Positions 28,288-38,204 are shown, counted from the first letter of the stretch. The stretch is DNA of 42,120 bases from Pirellulales bacterium (GCA_040880915.1 JBBEEF010000041.1:1-42120), one strand, 5' to 3'. Notes: generated by a model from the letters alone, not told the origin. A program made the numbers and translations.

Positions 28288-30387
28288 TCACAGATAGGCG
28301 TCGGCCGTCTCCGCCGGGGCGGGCCCATACTTGAGCGGGGCCATCGTGAAGCTGGCCCGCCCTTGGCTCACGCTCCGCACCGCTGCTGAGTAGCCGAACA
28401 TGCTCGCCAGTGGGGCCTCGGCGGTGAGCACGGTGGCCCCGCCACGGATCTCGGTCGCGGTGATGATCGCCCGCCGCTGCTGGAGGTCGTTGATCACGTC
28501 GCCGAGATGGTTCTCAGGCACCGTTACCTCCACCCGCATGACCGGCTCGAGGAGCACCGTGCCAGCCGCCTTGAGGAGCCGCTCGATCGCATCGGCCGCC
28601 GCGATCCGGATCGCCACGTCGCCAGGCGGTGGGTCGGGGATCGGGCTCTCGAGCACGATGAGCCGCACGCCCCACAGGGGGCAGCCCTTGAGCCCACCCC
28701 GCTCAGCGCTCTCCCGCACGGCCTCGGTCATCGTCACCGCGAGCGCGGCGAGCGTGTCACCCTCGGGGAACCAGCCCTGCTCCACCGTCACCGGCCCCTG
28801 CTCGTCGGTCGGCTCGCCACGGACGGTCACCGTGGCCACGAGCGTCTGCCCGGCCACCTGCCGATTGGCCTCGCCGGCGACGGTGGCCGCCGGCCCGAGT
28901 GTCTCCTTGTAGCTCACCCGCGGCTTGTGGACGCGGCACTTGAGCTTGAAGTCTCGCTCGAGCCGGTGCCGGATCACCTCGAGGTGCAATTCCCCCATCC
29001 CCGAGATCAGCGTCTGCCCCGTCTCCTCGCTCTCGACCGCCCGGAACGTGGGGTCCTGCCGCTTCATCATCTCGAGGGTGTCGGCGAGTTTCTTCCGCTC
29101 GAGGCTCGTCTCCGGCTCGATCGCCATCGAGATCACGGTCTCGGGAAAGGTGATCGTCTCGAGCACGATTGGGGCCGCCACGTCGCAGAGCGTGTCGCCG
29201 GTGACGCTTGCCCGCGGCCCGATCACCCCCACGATGTCACCGGCCCGGGCCTCGGGCACCTGCTCGCGGCGGTCGGCCTGCACGTGCCAGAGCTGGGCGA
29301 TGTTCTCCTTTTTCTGTTTGAGCGGATTCCAGGCCCGGCTCCCCGCCTTGAGCGTGCCGGAATAGACCCGCACGAACGCGAGGTCGCCGTGCTTCTCGGC
29401 GAGGATCTTGAAGACGAGACCGCAGAAGGGCTCGGCGGCGTCGGGCCGGCGGGCGATCGGCGTGGGCGTTTTCTTCCCCGGATCGAGCCCCTCGACCGGC
29501 GGCACATCGGCCGGGCTCGGCAGGTACCAGGCCACCGCGTCGAGCACCGGCTGGACGCCGATGCAATCAAGCGCTGAGCCCCCCAAGACCGGTACACACA
29601 GCCGGGTGATCGTGGCCTGGCGGATCACCTTCCGCATCAGCTCCGGCGGGAGCGGCGCCTCGGCGAGAGCGAGTTCGGCGACCTCGTCGGAATAGTCGAA
29701 GAGCGTGGAGACGAGGTGCTCCCGCCACTCGGCGGCCAGCGCCGCCGCCTCCGGCGGAATCGGTCCCCGGATCACGGCGAGCCCCTGGCCGCCGGCGGCG
29801 AGTGCCTCGTCCTTGGGGGCGAAGGTGAGCAGCTCCATCGTGACGAGGTCGACAAGCCCCCGGAACGGATCTTTGACGTGCGGCGGGCCCATCCCCAGCG
29901 GCACCTGAAGCACGAGCGGCTTGGCCCCCAGCCGGTCTTCGATCTGCCGCACGGTCCCGAAGAAGTCGGCCCCCTCGCGGTCGAGCTTGTTGACCAGCGC
30001 GATCCGCGGCACTCCATACTTGTCGGCCTGCCGCCAGACGGTCTCGCTCTGGGCCTCCACCCCCTCCCGCGCGCTGAACACCACGACCGCCCCGTCGAGC
30101 ACCCGCAGGCTTCGCTCCACCTCGGCCGTGAAGTCGACGTGGCCGGGCGTGTCGATGAGGTTGACCGCGACGTCGTTCCAGGCGAACGAGACGGCCGCGG
30201 AGTAGATCGTGATCCCCCGCTCCTGCTCCTCGGGATCGAAGTCGGTCACGGTCGTGCCGCGATCGACCTCGCCGAGGCGGTGGCTCGTCTTGGTGAAATA
30301 GAGCATCCGCTCGGTGAGCGTCGTCTTGCCCGCGTCGATGTGGGCCACGATGCCGATGTTGCGGATTTTTTCGAGGGAGCTGGTCAT
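28288..30387 (-). CDS. fusA: Elongation factor G family GTPase (stand-alone copy, not in a str operon)
   Basis: 699 aa. IRNIGIVAHIDAGKTTLTERML, DTPGHVDF, NKLDREGADF, then EF-G domains II-V (ISMAIEPETSLERKKL..., GELHLEV). Confidence 0.85.
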   Translation of the reverse strand: MTSSLEKIRNIGIVAHIDAGKTTLTERMLYFTKTSHRLGEVDRGTTVTDFDPEEQERGITIYSAAVSFAWNDVAVNLIDTPGHVDFTAEVERSLRVLDGAVVVFSAREGVEAQSETVWRQADKYGVPRIALVNKLDREGADFFGTVRQIEDRLGAKPLVLQVPLGMGPPHVKDPFRGLVDLVTMELLTFAPKDEALAAGGQGLAVIRGPIPPEAAALAAEWREHLVSTLFDYSDEVAELALAEAPLPPELMRKVIRQATITRLCVPVLGGSALDCIGVQPVLDAVAWYLPSPADVPPVEGLDPGKKTPTPIARRPDAAEPFCGLVFKILAEKHGDLAFVRVYSGTLKAGSRAWNPLKQKKENIAQLWHVQADRREQVPEARAGDIVGVIGPRASVTGDTLCDVAAPIVLETITFPETVISMAIEPETSLERKKLADTLEMMKRQDPTFRAVESEETGQTLISGMGELHLEVIRHRLERDFKLKCRVHKPRVSYKETLGPAATVAGEANRQVAGQTLVATVTVRGEPTDEQGPVTVEQGWFPEGDTLAALAVTMTEAVRESAERGGLKGCPLWGVRLIVLESPIPDPPPGDVAIRIAAADAIERLLKAAGTVLLEPVMRVEVTVPENHLGDVINDLQQRRAIITATEIRGGATVLTAEAPLASMFGYSAAVRSVSQGRASFTMAPLKYGPAPAETADAYL

Positions 30388-30426
30388 GTGCTGGTCAGCT
30401 GGCGAGGGGCCGCCGAAAAGGGGACA

Positions 30427-32313
30427 TCACATTCTTGCCACGGTACCGATGCCGAGCAGGTCGAGGCCCTGGCGGAGCACCCGACCGGTCAGCAGGCAGA
30501 GGACCAGGCGGCTCGCACAGGTGCCCGGCTCGGCCTTGAGCACCGGCAGGGCGTCGTAGAAGGTTGAGTAGCGGCCGGCCAACCGAAAGAGCCAGGCGGT
30601 CAGCAGGTTGGGGCGGTTGTCGGTCTCGACGTCCTCGAGGGCCTCGGCGAACCGCACGAGCTCGATCGCCAGGGCCCGCTCCTCGGGGGCGGCCAGCTGC
30701 ACGCTCGCCACTGCCTCGCCCGCGGCTTCCCGGTCAACGCCCCCCTTTGTGCAGATGCCCTCGACCCGGGCCACGGCGTATTGCATGTAGGCCGCGGTGT
30801 TGCCCTTGAGCTCGAGCATCTTGTCGAAGCTGAACACGTAGTCGGTGGTGCGGTTCTGGCAGAGGTCGGCATACTTGATGGCTCCGATGCCCACCGTCTC
30901 GGCCACCTGCCGCCGCGTTGTCTCGTCCATCTCGCCGCGGCCAGCCTCGGCCACCACGGCGGCGGCCCGCTCCACCCCTTCATCGAGCAGGGCCTCGAGG
31001 CCGACGGTGTCACCCGAGCGGGTCTTGAAAGGGCGGCCGTCCTCGCCGAGCACCGTTCCGAAGGCCACATGCACGAGCTCGACGCCGCCGAGCCCCTGGC
31101 GGCGGGCCGTCTCGAAGACCTGCTCGAAGTGCCGGCTCTGCCGGTGGTCGACAACATAGATGATCCGGTCGGGCTGCCAGTGCTGGTGCCGCCATGTGAT
31201 CGTGGCCAGATCGGTGGTGGCGTAGAGAAAGGCGCCGTCGGCCTTGCGGATCAAGAGCGGGGGCTCGTCGTCGCCGGCGAGAAACACCCCCACCGCCCCA
31301 CGGCTCTCACGGGCCAACCCCGTGGCCAGGAGGTCTTCGACCACGCCGGCGAGCAGCGGCTGGAAGAAGCTCTCGCCGTGGCAGTGGTCAAAAGACACGC
31401 CCAGCCGGCAGTAGAGCCGCTCGATCTCGGCCAGGCAGACCGGCATGAACCGCTCCCAGAGCCCGCGGTTCTCGGGGTCTCCGGCATGGAGTTTGGCTGT
31501 CTCGGCCTGCACCTCGCGGCCCGCCTCGGGATGGGCCGCCGCCAGCGCCGCGGCGGCGGGATCGGCGGCGAGTTCCTCGGGCTTGTTGTCGGCCAGCTTC
31601 CGCACGAGCCGGTAGAGCCGGCCCAGTTCCGCCGTCGGGTCGGCTGCGAAGGCCGCCTCGTCGCGGCAGTGCTTCCAGCCCCAGAGAATCATGCCGAACT
31701 GGGTTCCCCAGTCGCCGAGGTGGTTGTCGGTGATCACGCGGTGGCCGCGGAACGCGAGAATCCGCGCAAGCGCGTCGCCAATCACCGTCGAGCGGATGTG
31801 ACCGACGTGCATCGGCTTGGCCACGTTGGGGCTCGAGAAGTCGACCACGATCGTGAGCGGCTTGTCAATCGGCGGCACGCCCAGCCGCTCATCCCCGACG
31901 GCGGCCAGGACGGCGGCGGCCAGGGCATCGTCGCGGACGCGAACATTGATGAAGCCCGGCCCCACGGGATCGCCCGGCGGCTCGAAAAAGGTCGCGTAGC
32001 CTGGCGCGGCCGCGAGCCGGGCGGCGATCTCGGTGGCCACCTCGCGGGGCTTGCGGCCGGCCCGCTTCGCCAGGGCCATCGCCATCGTGCCGGAGTAGTC
32101 GCCGAACTTCGCGTCGGCTGTCTCGCGAACCTGCTCGAGAAGCGGGGGGATCTCGCCGGGGTCGAGGGCCACCACGCCGTCGGCCGAGAGTTTTGTCAGG
32201 GCCGCGGCGAAGGCTTCGCGGAGCGTCGTTCGAAAGCACGTCCGCGGCGGTGCGCCCGGTCGCGCTGGACCACCCGCGGCGGCCGGCGACTCGTGCGGGT
32301 TGGCGGCCGTCAT
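30427..32313 (-). CDS. argS: Arginine--tRNA ligase
   Basis: 628 aa. VDFSSPNVAKPMHVGHIRSTVIGD (HIGH region), a C-terminal DALR anticodon-binding-like domain, and ends in ...IGTVARM. Confidence 0.92.
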   Translation of the reverse strand: MTAANPHESPAAAGGPARPGAPPRTCFRTTLREAFAAALTKLSADGVVALDPGEIPPLLEQVRETADAKFGDYSGTMAMALAKRAGRKPREVATEIAARLAAAPGYATFFEPPGDPVGPGFINVRVRDDALAAAVLAAVGDERLGVPPIDKPLTIVVDFSSPNVAKPMHVGHIRSTVIGDALARILAFRGHRVITDNHLGDWGTQFGMILWGWKHCRDEAAFAADPTAELGRLYRLVRKLADNKPEELAADPAAAALAAAHPEAGREVQAETAKLHAGDPENRGLWERFMPVCLAEIERLYCRLGVSFDHCHGESFFQPLLAGVVEDLLATGLARESRGAVGVFLAGDDEPPLLIRKADGAFLYATTDLATITWRHQHWQPDRIIYVVDHRQSRHFEQVFETARRQGLGGVELVHVAFGTVLGEDGRPFKTRSGDTVGLEALLDEGVERAAAVVAEAGRGEMDETTRRQVAETVGIGAIKYADLCQNRTTDYVFSFDKMLELKGNTAAYMQYAVARVEGICTKGGVDREAAGEAVASVQLAAPEERALAIELVRFAEALEDVETDNRPNLLTAWLFRLAGRYSTFYDALPVLKAEPGTCASRLVLCLLTGRVLRQGLDLLGIGTVARM

Positions 32314-32720
32314 GATGCCGCGGCCCCGGCGTCGGGCAGCGGCACCTGGGCGGCGTCGCTCCAGAGCCCCTCGAGATCCCAGTAGCCGCGGGCTTCGGGA
32401 TCGAAGAGGTGCACCATCACGTCTCCATAGTCGAGCACGATCCAGCGGCCCTCTTCGTAGCCCTCTGCCCCCCGTTTGCGATCCTGGAGGTCCTGCCTGA
32501 CAACCTTCTCGATCTCGTCGGCCATCGCATGCATCTGCCGGCGGCTGGTGCCGGTGGCGATCACGAAGTAGTCGACCACCGGCGTGAGCGCACGAAGGTC
32601 GAGGATCCGGACCTCAGTTCCCCGCGTCTCGCCGGCCACGCGGGCGGCCAGCAGGGCCAGCGGCAGCGCACGGTCAGCCGCGGGAGGCTGTGATCCACGA
32701 TGCGGTCGGGCGGTACTCAC
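32310..32720 (-). CDS. rsfS: Ribosome silencing factor RsfS
   Basis: ...DYFVIATGTSRRQMHAMADEI...WIVLDYGDVMVHLFDPEARGYWDLEGLW. ATGA overlap with argS. GTG start. Confidence 0.9.
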   Translation of the reverse strand: MSTARPHRGSQPPAADRALPLALLAARVAGETRGTEVRILDLRALTPVVDYFVIATGTSRRQMHAMADEIEKVVRQDLQDRKRGAEGYEEGRWIVLDYGDVMVHLFDPEARGYWDLEGLWSDAAQVPLPDAGAAAS

Positions 32721-32758
32721 GGGCGGGAGGGGGTCCGATGGGATAATAAAGATTTGTC

Positions 32759-32767
32759 ATTCTACCA
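32759..32767 (-). promoter_or_regulatory. Possible extended -10 element (TGgTAGAAT) upstream of rsfS-argS
   Basis: The minus strand reads TGGTAGAAT inside a locally AT-rich patch of the 94-nt gap between coaX and rsfS. No convincing -35. Confidence 0.25.
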
Positions 32768-32814
32768 GCACTCCCCAGGGAGGAGCACCGGCTTGGCAGC
32801 TCCAGCCAGGAGTG

Positions 32815-33675
32815 TCAGCGGCTGCAGGCCCGCGAGGCGGCCAGGGCGATCCCGCCGAGCACGAGGTCGGGCACCTCGATCGCCCCGGGCAGGGCATCCC
32901 GAACGGCGGCCCGCCAGCCGCCTGTCAGCACCGTCACGGCCCCTGGGCCCAGCGCTGCCGCGGCCTCCGCCACCAGCCGTGCGACCGCTCCGCGGATCCC
33001 GAAACCCACGCCGGCAGCGATCGCCTCCTCGGTGGATCGCCCCGGCATCGGGGGTGGCATGTCCTGCCCGAGGGCCGCGATGGCCGGCAGCTTGCTCGTT
33101 CCCTCGGCGAGCGCCCGGAACATGAGAGCCGGCCCCGGCAGAATCCCGCCGCCGAGAAACCTGCCGTCGGCTGCCACGAGATCGACCGTGGCGGCCGTGC
33201 CGCAGTCGACGACGATCGCCGGCGCCTCAGGAGGCTTGACGAGCGCGGCGGCCGCAGCGCCAGCCAGCCGGTCGATCCCCACCCGTTCCGGTGCGGGCAG
33301 ACTCACCACCAGCGGGAGATCGGCATGTCCGATCCGCCGCTGCCGCAGGGGGCGGTGCCGGGTCGCCGAGATCTCGGCAACCACAGCCTCGAGTCGGGTC
33401 GCGGCCGCCTCGGAGACGCTCGCGACAATCACGACGGCGCGGCCCGGGGCCGCCGCAAGGAGCCACCGCTCGAGGTTTTCGGGGTGGAAGTGATGACTGT
33501 CGAGATCCTGCCGATGGGAGAGCCCCGGCAGGCCATAGCTACCGGCGAGCGCCGGGTCGGCGAGCCGCGCGAGCTTGATCAGCGAGTTGCCCACGTCGGC
33601 GAGCAGAACCGTGTCGCCCGAGCAGATGCCCGGGCCCGGTGGGCCGGAAAGCCCGGGGTGAATGGTGGCGGTCAT
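32815..33675 (-). CDS. coaX: Type III pantothenate kinase
   Basis: LLADVGNSLIKLA, VVDCGTAATVDLV, GGGILPG. ATGA overlap with the obg stop. Confidence 0.85.
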   Translation of the reverse strand: MTATIHPGLSGPPGPGICSGDTVLLADVGNSLIKLARLADPALAGSYGLPGLSHRQDLDSHHFHPENLERWLLAAAPGRAVVIVASVSEAAATRLEAVVAEISATRHRPLRQRRIGHADLPLVVSLPAPERVGIDRLAGAAAAALVKPPEAPAIVVDCGTAATVDLVAADGRFLGGGILPGPALMFRALAEGTSKLPAIAALGQDMPPPMPGRSTEEAIAAGVGFGIRGAVARLVAEAAAALGPGAVTVLTGGWRAAVRDALPGAIEVPDLVLGGIALAASRACSR

Positions 33676-34673
33676 GCGGCCGGCTCCCGGCGGTCGAGCT
33701 CGGCCACCACCGCCCCCACGAGCCGGTCGAGGCCCGCGCCAGTGGCCGCGCTGGCGGCGAGGACGTCGCGGCCGAGTTCCCGGGCAAGCGTCTCCCGCAC
33801 CTCAGACGCTCCAGGCAACTCGCTCTTGCTCACGACGACGATCTCCGGACGCGTCCCCAGCGAAGCATCGTATCGCACGAGCTCCTCGCGGATGGTCCAG
33901 TAATTCACGAGCGGGTCGCTGCCGTCCACCGGTGAGGGCTCGACCACGTGGACGAGAATCCCAGCCCGCTCGACATGCCGCAGAAACTCATGCCCCAGGC
34001 CCACCCCGGCGTGCGCGCCCTCGATCAGTCCGGGCAGGTCGGCCAGCACAAAGCTCCTGTCCCGATCGACTTCCACGATGCCGAGGATCGGCCGCTTCGT
34101 CGTAAACGCATAGTCGGCGATTTCAGGACGCGCCCGGGAGAGCCGCGACAGGAGCGTGCTCTTCCCGGCATTCGGCTTGCCGACGAGCCCCACATCGGCG
34201 ATCACCTTGAGCTCGAGCAAGAGCCGACGGTTCTCGCCGGTTTCACCCGGCGTACATTCCCGGGGCGCCCGGTTGGTCGACGACTTGAAGTGGATGTTGC
34301 CCCGCCCCCCCGTGCCGCCCCGTGCTGCGACGATCTCCTGGCCGGCCACTGCAAGGTCCTTGAGCACGAGCCCCGTGGACTCGGCGATCACGATCGTTCC
34401 GGCGGGAACGAGGAGCACGAGATCCTCGCCCCGTGCGCCCGAGCGATTGGCCGGACCTCCGGCCGTGCCGTGCTCGGCCCGCCACTGCTTGCGATGGGCG
34501 AGCGGTGAGAGCGAATCGACACCCGCCTCGGCCCGCAGGATCACACTCCCACCATGGCCGCCGTCGCCGCCGTCGGGACCACCCCGCGGCACATATTTCT
34601 CTCGCCGGAAGCTACAGATGCCGCGGCCACCATTGCCCGCCGCCACTTCGATTTGGACGCGGTCGACGAACAC
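33672..34673 (-). CDS. obg: GTPase Obg/CgtA
   Basis: MFVDRVQIEVAAGNGGRGICSFRREKYVPRGGPDGGDGGHGGSVIL...DVGLVGKPNAGKSTLLS...ADLPGLIEGAH. GTG start. Confidence 0.95.
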   Translation of the reverse strand: MFVDRVQIEVAAGNGGRGICSFRREKYVPRGGPDGGDGGHGGSVILRAEAGVDSLSPLAHRKQWRAEHGTAGGPANRSGARGEDLVLLVPAGTIVIAESTGLVLKDLAVAGQEIVAARGGTGGRGNIHFKSSTNRAPRECTPGETGENRRLLLELKVIADVGLVGKPNAGKSTLLSRLSRARPEIADYAFTTKRPILGIVEVDRDRSFVLADLPGLIEGAHAGVGLGHEFLRHVERAGILVHVVEPSPVDGSDPLVNYWTIREELVRYDASLGTRPEIVVVSKSELPGASEVRETLARELGRDVLAASAATGAGLDRLVGAVVAELDRREPAA

Positions 34674-34707
34674 CCTCGTCCCTTCGCAGCGAGCGACTCC
34701 CGCCCGG

Positions 34708-34962
34708 TCAGGCCGACGGCCCAGCCACCACGTTCACGCGGCGGCCCTCCCGGTCGAACATCACAACGCCGGCGGTCAGGGCGAAAAGCGTGTAATCGGA
34801 ACCGATGCCCACGTTCGCGCCGGGATGAAACTTTGTGCCCACTTGGCGGACGAGAATGTTGCCGGCCAGGACAGACTGGCCACCGAACTTCTTGACGCCG
34901 CGTCGCTGAGCGTTGGAATCGCGACCGTTGCGACTCGAACCCTGTCCTTTTTTATGTGCCAT
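34708..34962 (-). CDS. rpmA: 50S ribosomal protein L27
   Basis: [48 protein letters not shown]... Start trimmed to ATG 34962 inside ORF 34708..35055. Confidence 0.95.
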   Translation of the reverse strand: MAHKKGQGSSRNGRDSNAQRRGVKKFGGQSVLAGNILVRQVGTKFHPGANVGIGSDYTLFALTAGVVMFDREGRRVNVVAGPSA

Positions 34963-35054
34963 CTTCGCGCTCTTGCTGTTGCTCTTGGTCCTAGTCGGCC
35001 GCAGACTGGCGACCGGCTTAAGGGGCTGGCATGCGGGCGGGCCTACTCGCCGCA

Positions 35055-35086
35055 CCCGCAGGATACTCTCTCCCGCAGGATACTCT
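35055..35086. repeat. Direct repeat, 15 bp x2 (cccgcaggatactct), spaced 17 bp apart
   Basis: Copies at 35055..35069 and 35072..35086, immediately after the stop of the 576-aa gene and about 95 nt upstream of rpmA. On the coding strand each reads AGAGTATCCTGCGGG. Confidence 0.9.
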
Positions 35087-35087
35087 G

Positions 35088-36818
35088 TTAGTCCTCGTAC
35101 CGGAAGCCCCAGGAATAGGTCTGCCCCTCGTGGACCGCCAGGGCTTCGGCAAAAAGGGTCGGGCCTTCCGGGCCAAAGAGCCCTTCCTGGATCGACTTCT
35201 GGGCCGGCTCCGGCGATGCCATGACCGCGTCGGCCGCCGCCTCAAAGGCACCCCGGGCATCAAGCCGGGCGATGGCCGCGGGGTCGGCATCGGTGGCGTC
35301 GAGCGTCGCCAGCGTGCGGGCCAGGATCACAGCGCGGCCCAGCCAGTCGATTCGCGGGGCCGCTGGGCCAAAGCAGGAAACGGCCAGCGCCCTGCGGGCC
35401 GCCATATCGGGAGCGGACTCGAGGTTCCGCGTGATCTTGGCGAGTGATTCAAGCGGCCGGCTCTCGATCTCCTCCGGCGAAAGCCGCATGGTCTCGAGGG
35501 CCTGCCGCCGCTTTTGATCACGTTCTGGATCGACCGGCCCGGCGGCGGCGCGGGCGAGTTCCTCGATCGACTGCACGCCAAGGTCGCCGAACAGGTCGCG
35601 GGCGGCCTGGCTCCGCCCGTCGGTGTCGTCAATCGCGGCGAGCTTTTCGAAGACCGCCAGCAACGGCAGCAGGCTCGCGCCGGCCGTGCCCGCGGGCTCC
35701 CGGAGGCTGGCGCTATCCCACGCTAGCCCCAGCCGCTGGAGGCCGACCTGCGGCCGGGAGGAGGTATGGCCTGGCCAACCGAGCGCCGCAAGCAGGCGAC
35801 CCCCGAGCGCCATCCGTTCAAACATGCCGCGGTGTCCGATCGCGATCTTCTCACCGGAGGCATCGCCAGGCCTCCAGAAGTCGAGCCGCAAGCTCTTGAG
35901 AGTCTGTTCGATGTGTCTGCCGGGCGGATCGTCGGGGGCGATCCGGCTCTGTTCCAGCTGTTGCCAGCGGATCGCGTTGGTCAGGCCGCGAACGTAGATG
36001 GAAAAGTAGTCGATCCGCGGATCGATCGCCTCCCAGATCGCAACGCCCCACCGCTCTTCGCCCGGGGCGATCTCCGTGGCGGAGATCGCCACGCTGTCGA
36101 GAAGTTCGCGGGCGGGGTCCTCCCGGAGCCGGATCGCGGCCATCGCCGATGGCACGACCCGGTCGAGATACGCCCGGTAGGCCGAGATGCCCTCGGCATC
36201 GGAGAGTCCCTCCCGGGTCTCGAGGACGAATTGCGGCAGGAATCGGACCGGCTTCTCGAAGCGTTCCACCGTCCGTTCGAGCGGATCAGCCTCGCCCGGC
36301 GCGTCCTGCCGCCGGGTTTCGATCCGTCGCCCGCCCAGGTTTTTCACCCGGTAGACCATATAGAGCACGTTCACTCGCCGCATCTCGCGGTTGTTGGCGG
36401 GGATGTCGACGGCGATCGTGCGGGGTGGCTTGAAGGCGAATTCCAGGCACCAGATGTCCCGGGGATATTCAAGCCGCTCGGCCCGGCTGAGGAGCGTGGT
36501 GCTGCGAGCTGCCCATGTCGGCTCCCACCGCAGGCCGGCCAAGCCCTCGGTCACCTCGACGAGCGGACCCCTCTGGATCGCATCGTCGGATGCCATGTCG
36601 GCCGGAATCACGGTCAGGACGCCGGGCGCGAGTGAGCGGAAGGCTTCCTGGTTCGCCGCCGCGCCTGCCGCCAGCCAAGCCACACCGACCGCCCCGATCA
36701 GAATCTTTGTCGCGGGCCGGGCAAGGCGGCACGCGTGGCTGGCCTCGCCGGAAAGCCACCCGGATCGGCAGCCCTTGCCGAAAACCCCCCTGAAGAGTGA
36801 TCGAAGGCATTGCGTCAT
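35088..36818 (-). CDS. Hypothetical protein, 576 aa, N-terminal signal-anchor, no family recognised
   Basis: Long ORF with normal amino-acid composition (W, Y, F, D, E and K all present), unlike the shadow ORFs. Hydrophobic segment [17 protein letters not shown] near the N-terminus. Codirectional with rpmA-obg. Confidence 0.6.
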   Translation of the reverse strand: MTQCLRSLFRGVFGKGCRSGWLSGEASHACRLARPATKILIGAVGVAWLAAGAAANQEAFRSLAPGVLTVIPADMASDDAIQRGPLVEVTEGLAGLRWEPTWAARSTTLLSRAERLEYPRDIWCLEFAFKPPRTIAVDIPANNREMRRVNVLYMVYRVKNLGGRRIETRRQDAPGEADPLERTVERFEKPVRFLPQFVLETREGLSDAEGISAYRAYLDRVVPSAMAAIRLREDPARELLDSVAISATEIAPGEERWGVAIWEAIDPRIDYFSIYVRGLTNAIRWQQLEQSRIAPDDPPGRHIEQTLKSLRLDFWRPGDASGEKIAIGHRGMFERMALGGRLLAALGWPGHTSSRPQVGLQRLGLAWDSASLREPAGTAGASLLPLLAVFEKLAAIDDTDGRSQAARDLFGDLGVQSIEELARAAAGPVDPERDQKRRQALETMRLSPEEIESRPLESLAKITRNLESAPDMAARRALAVSCFGPAAPRIDWLGRAVILARTLATLDATDADPAAIARLDARGAFEAAADAVMASPEPAQKSIQEGLFGPEGPTLFAEALAVHEGQTYSWGFRYED

Positions 36819-37049
36819 GGTGCCTGAATCCTACCGTTTCGGTACAAAATAGGGCGGAAGCATCATTTTTTACCCATTTCCCCCAGAATTCCTTGATTGC
36901 CCATAGTTCCGATGCCAAAATACGGGGGCAGAAGGAATCGAGACCAGAAAACTGGCCTTCGCTCGGCGTGGCTCCGAAAAGACACTCCGGGCGCTGCAGT
37001 CAACGACCCGTCCCCGTCTCTGATTCGGCATTCGGACGAATTCGGCATC

Positions 37050-37307
37050 ATGCTTCGCTCCAACCCGCTTCAGCCGCCGCGACCGTTTTCGATTCCCGAG
37101 GGGGCAATCGGCACTTCCGGCCGCACCGCGGGGTTTGTGTCACCGGAAGATTATGACCGCACGGGCATTCTGACCGGGGTGGATCCGTGCGAATCTCGGT
37201 ATTGGTGGATGCCGGAACTGTACGGCCCAGAAACTGCGGCGGTCGACCAAGGATCGGCGAATCAGGCGACCAACCGCCCGCTGACCCGTTCCCCGGCCGC
37301 TGCCTGA
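37050..37307 (+). CDS. Questionable small ORF (85 aa), convergent with and overlapping the parA-like 3' end
   Basis: ATG at 37050 inside ORF 36897..37307. The peptide ...FVSPEDYDRTGILTGVDPCESRYWWMPELYGPE has protein-like composition, but third-position GC looks lower than in neighbouring genes and I recognise no homology. Confidence 0.2.
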   Translation: MLRSNPLQPPRPFSIPEGAIGTSGRTAGFVSPEDYDRTGILTGVDPCESRYWWMPELYGPETAAVDQGSANQATNRPLTRSPAAA

Positions 37308-38104
37308 GCGACCTCCGCGGCGAGTGCGGCGTAGTCCTCGGCCCCGTGCGACCCGGCCGCGTAGTCGAAGATCGACTGGCCAAAGCTCGGTGCTTCGGCC
37401 AGGCGGATGTTGCGGCGAATCCGGGTGGCAAAGACTCGGGCCTCGGCCCAGGCCGGATGGGCCTCCGCCGAACCGGCGAAAAAGGCCTCCACATCCCGGC
37501 CAATCTCCACGGCCAGCCGTGTTCCCGCCTCGTGCATGCAGAGCACCACGCCCAGCAGTCGCAGCCGCGGATTCACGTGCTCGGATACCAGTTCGATGGT
37601 CTCGAGAAGCTTGCTCAGGCCGTGAAGGGCCAGAAAGTGGGGCTGAAGCGGCAGGAGAACCTCGGCCGCCGCCGCCATGGCGTTGAGCGATAAGAGCCCC
37701 AGTGACGGGGGGCAATCAATGACCAGATAGTCGAAGGCTCCGGGCCCCGTGAGACCGCATCGGGGATCCGCCGCGATCCTGTCGCGAAGGATCGTCTCCC
37801 GGCCCGGCCGGCCGACCAGTGCCATTTCGACTGCAGAAAGATCGATGTGCGAGGGGACGACGGCGAGCGTTTCCGATACCTCGACCGTCGCGTCGGCCAG
37901 GGGGCGGTCGGCGGTGAGCACATCGAACGCGGACAGGCCGTTACCCCCCAGCGACACACCCACGTGGAGCGTGGCATGGGCCTGAGGGTCGAGATCGAGC
38001 AGGCAGACCCGGTGCCCGGCCCGCGACAGAGCAACGGCGAGGTTGACCGACGTCGTCGTCTTGCCCACCCCGCCCTTCTGGTTGGCGACTGCGATCGAGC
38101 GCAT
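37262..38104 (-). CDS. ParA/Soj-family ATPase (orphan: no parB adjacent)
   Basis: MRSIAVANQKGGVGKTTTSVNLAVAL carries the deviant Walker A KGGxxGKT. Also LLDLDPQ and YLVIDCPPSLG. Start trimmed to ATG 38104 inside ORF 37262..38221. Confidence 0.9.
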   Translation of the reverse strand: MRSIAVANQKGGVGKTTTSVNLAVALSRAGHRVCLLDLDPQAHATLHVGVSLGGNGLSAFDVLTADRPLADATVEVSETLAVVPSHIDLSAVEMALVGRPGRETILRDRIAADPRCGLTGPGAFDYLVIDCPPSLGLLSLNAMAAAAEVLLPLQPHFLALHGLSKLLETIELVSEHVNPRLRLLGVVLCMHEAGTRLAVEIGRDVEAFFAGSAEAHPAWAEARVFATRIRRNIRLAEAPSFGQSIFDYAAGSHGAEDYAALAAEVAQAAAGERVSGRLVA

Positions 38105-38204
38105 GGCGGGAAGATCCTCCGGGAGAAACGGCCCATGCCGCAGGGGCCGAGAGGATAGGGACCGGGCCGGACCTCTCAGAAGCCCGATTTTTCTGCTGAA
38201 AATC

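Noticed and set aside
34236-34250. parS-like half site (GTTTCAC) inside obg, as a possible centromere for the orphan ParA.
   Set aside because: Only a 7-nt half-site match, not palindromic, and located inside a coding region.
36819-37261. Hidden rplU (L21) upstream of rpmA, or infA and rpmD in the ribosomal cluster gaps (9120..9255, 12735..12780).
   Set aside because: No frame in these gaps gives an L21-, IF1- or L30-like peptide, and the gaps are too short for infA or rpmD. The genes are probably elsewhere or absent, as is common for L30 in some phyla.
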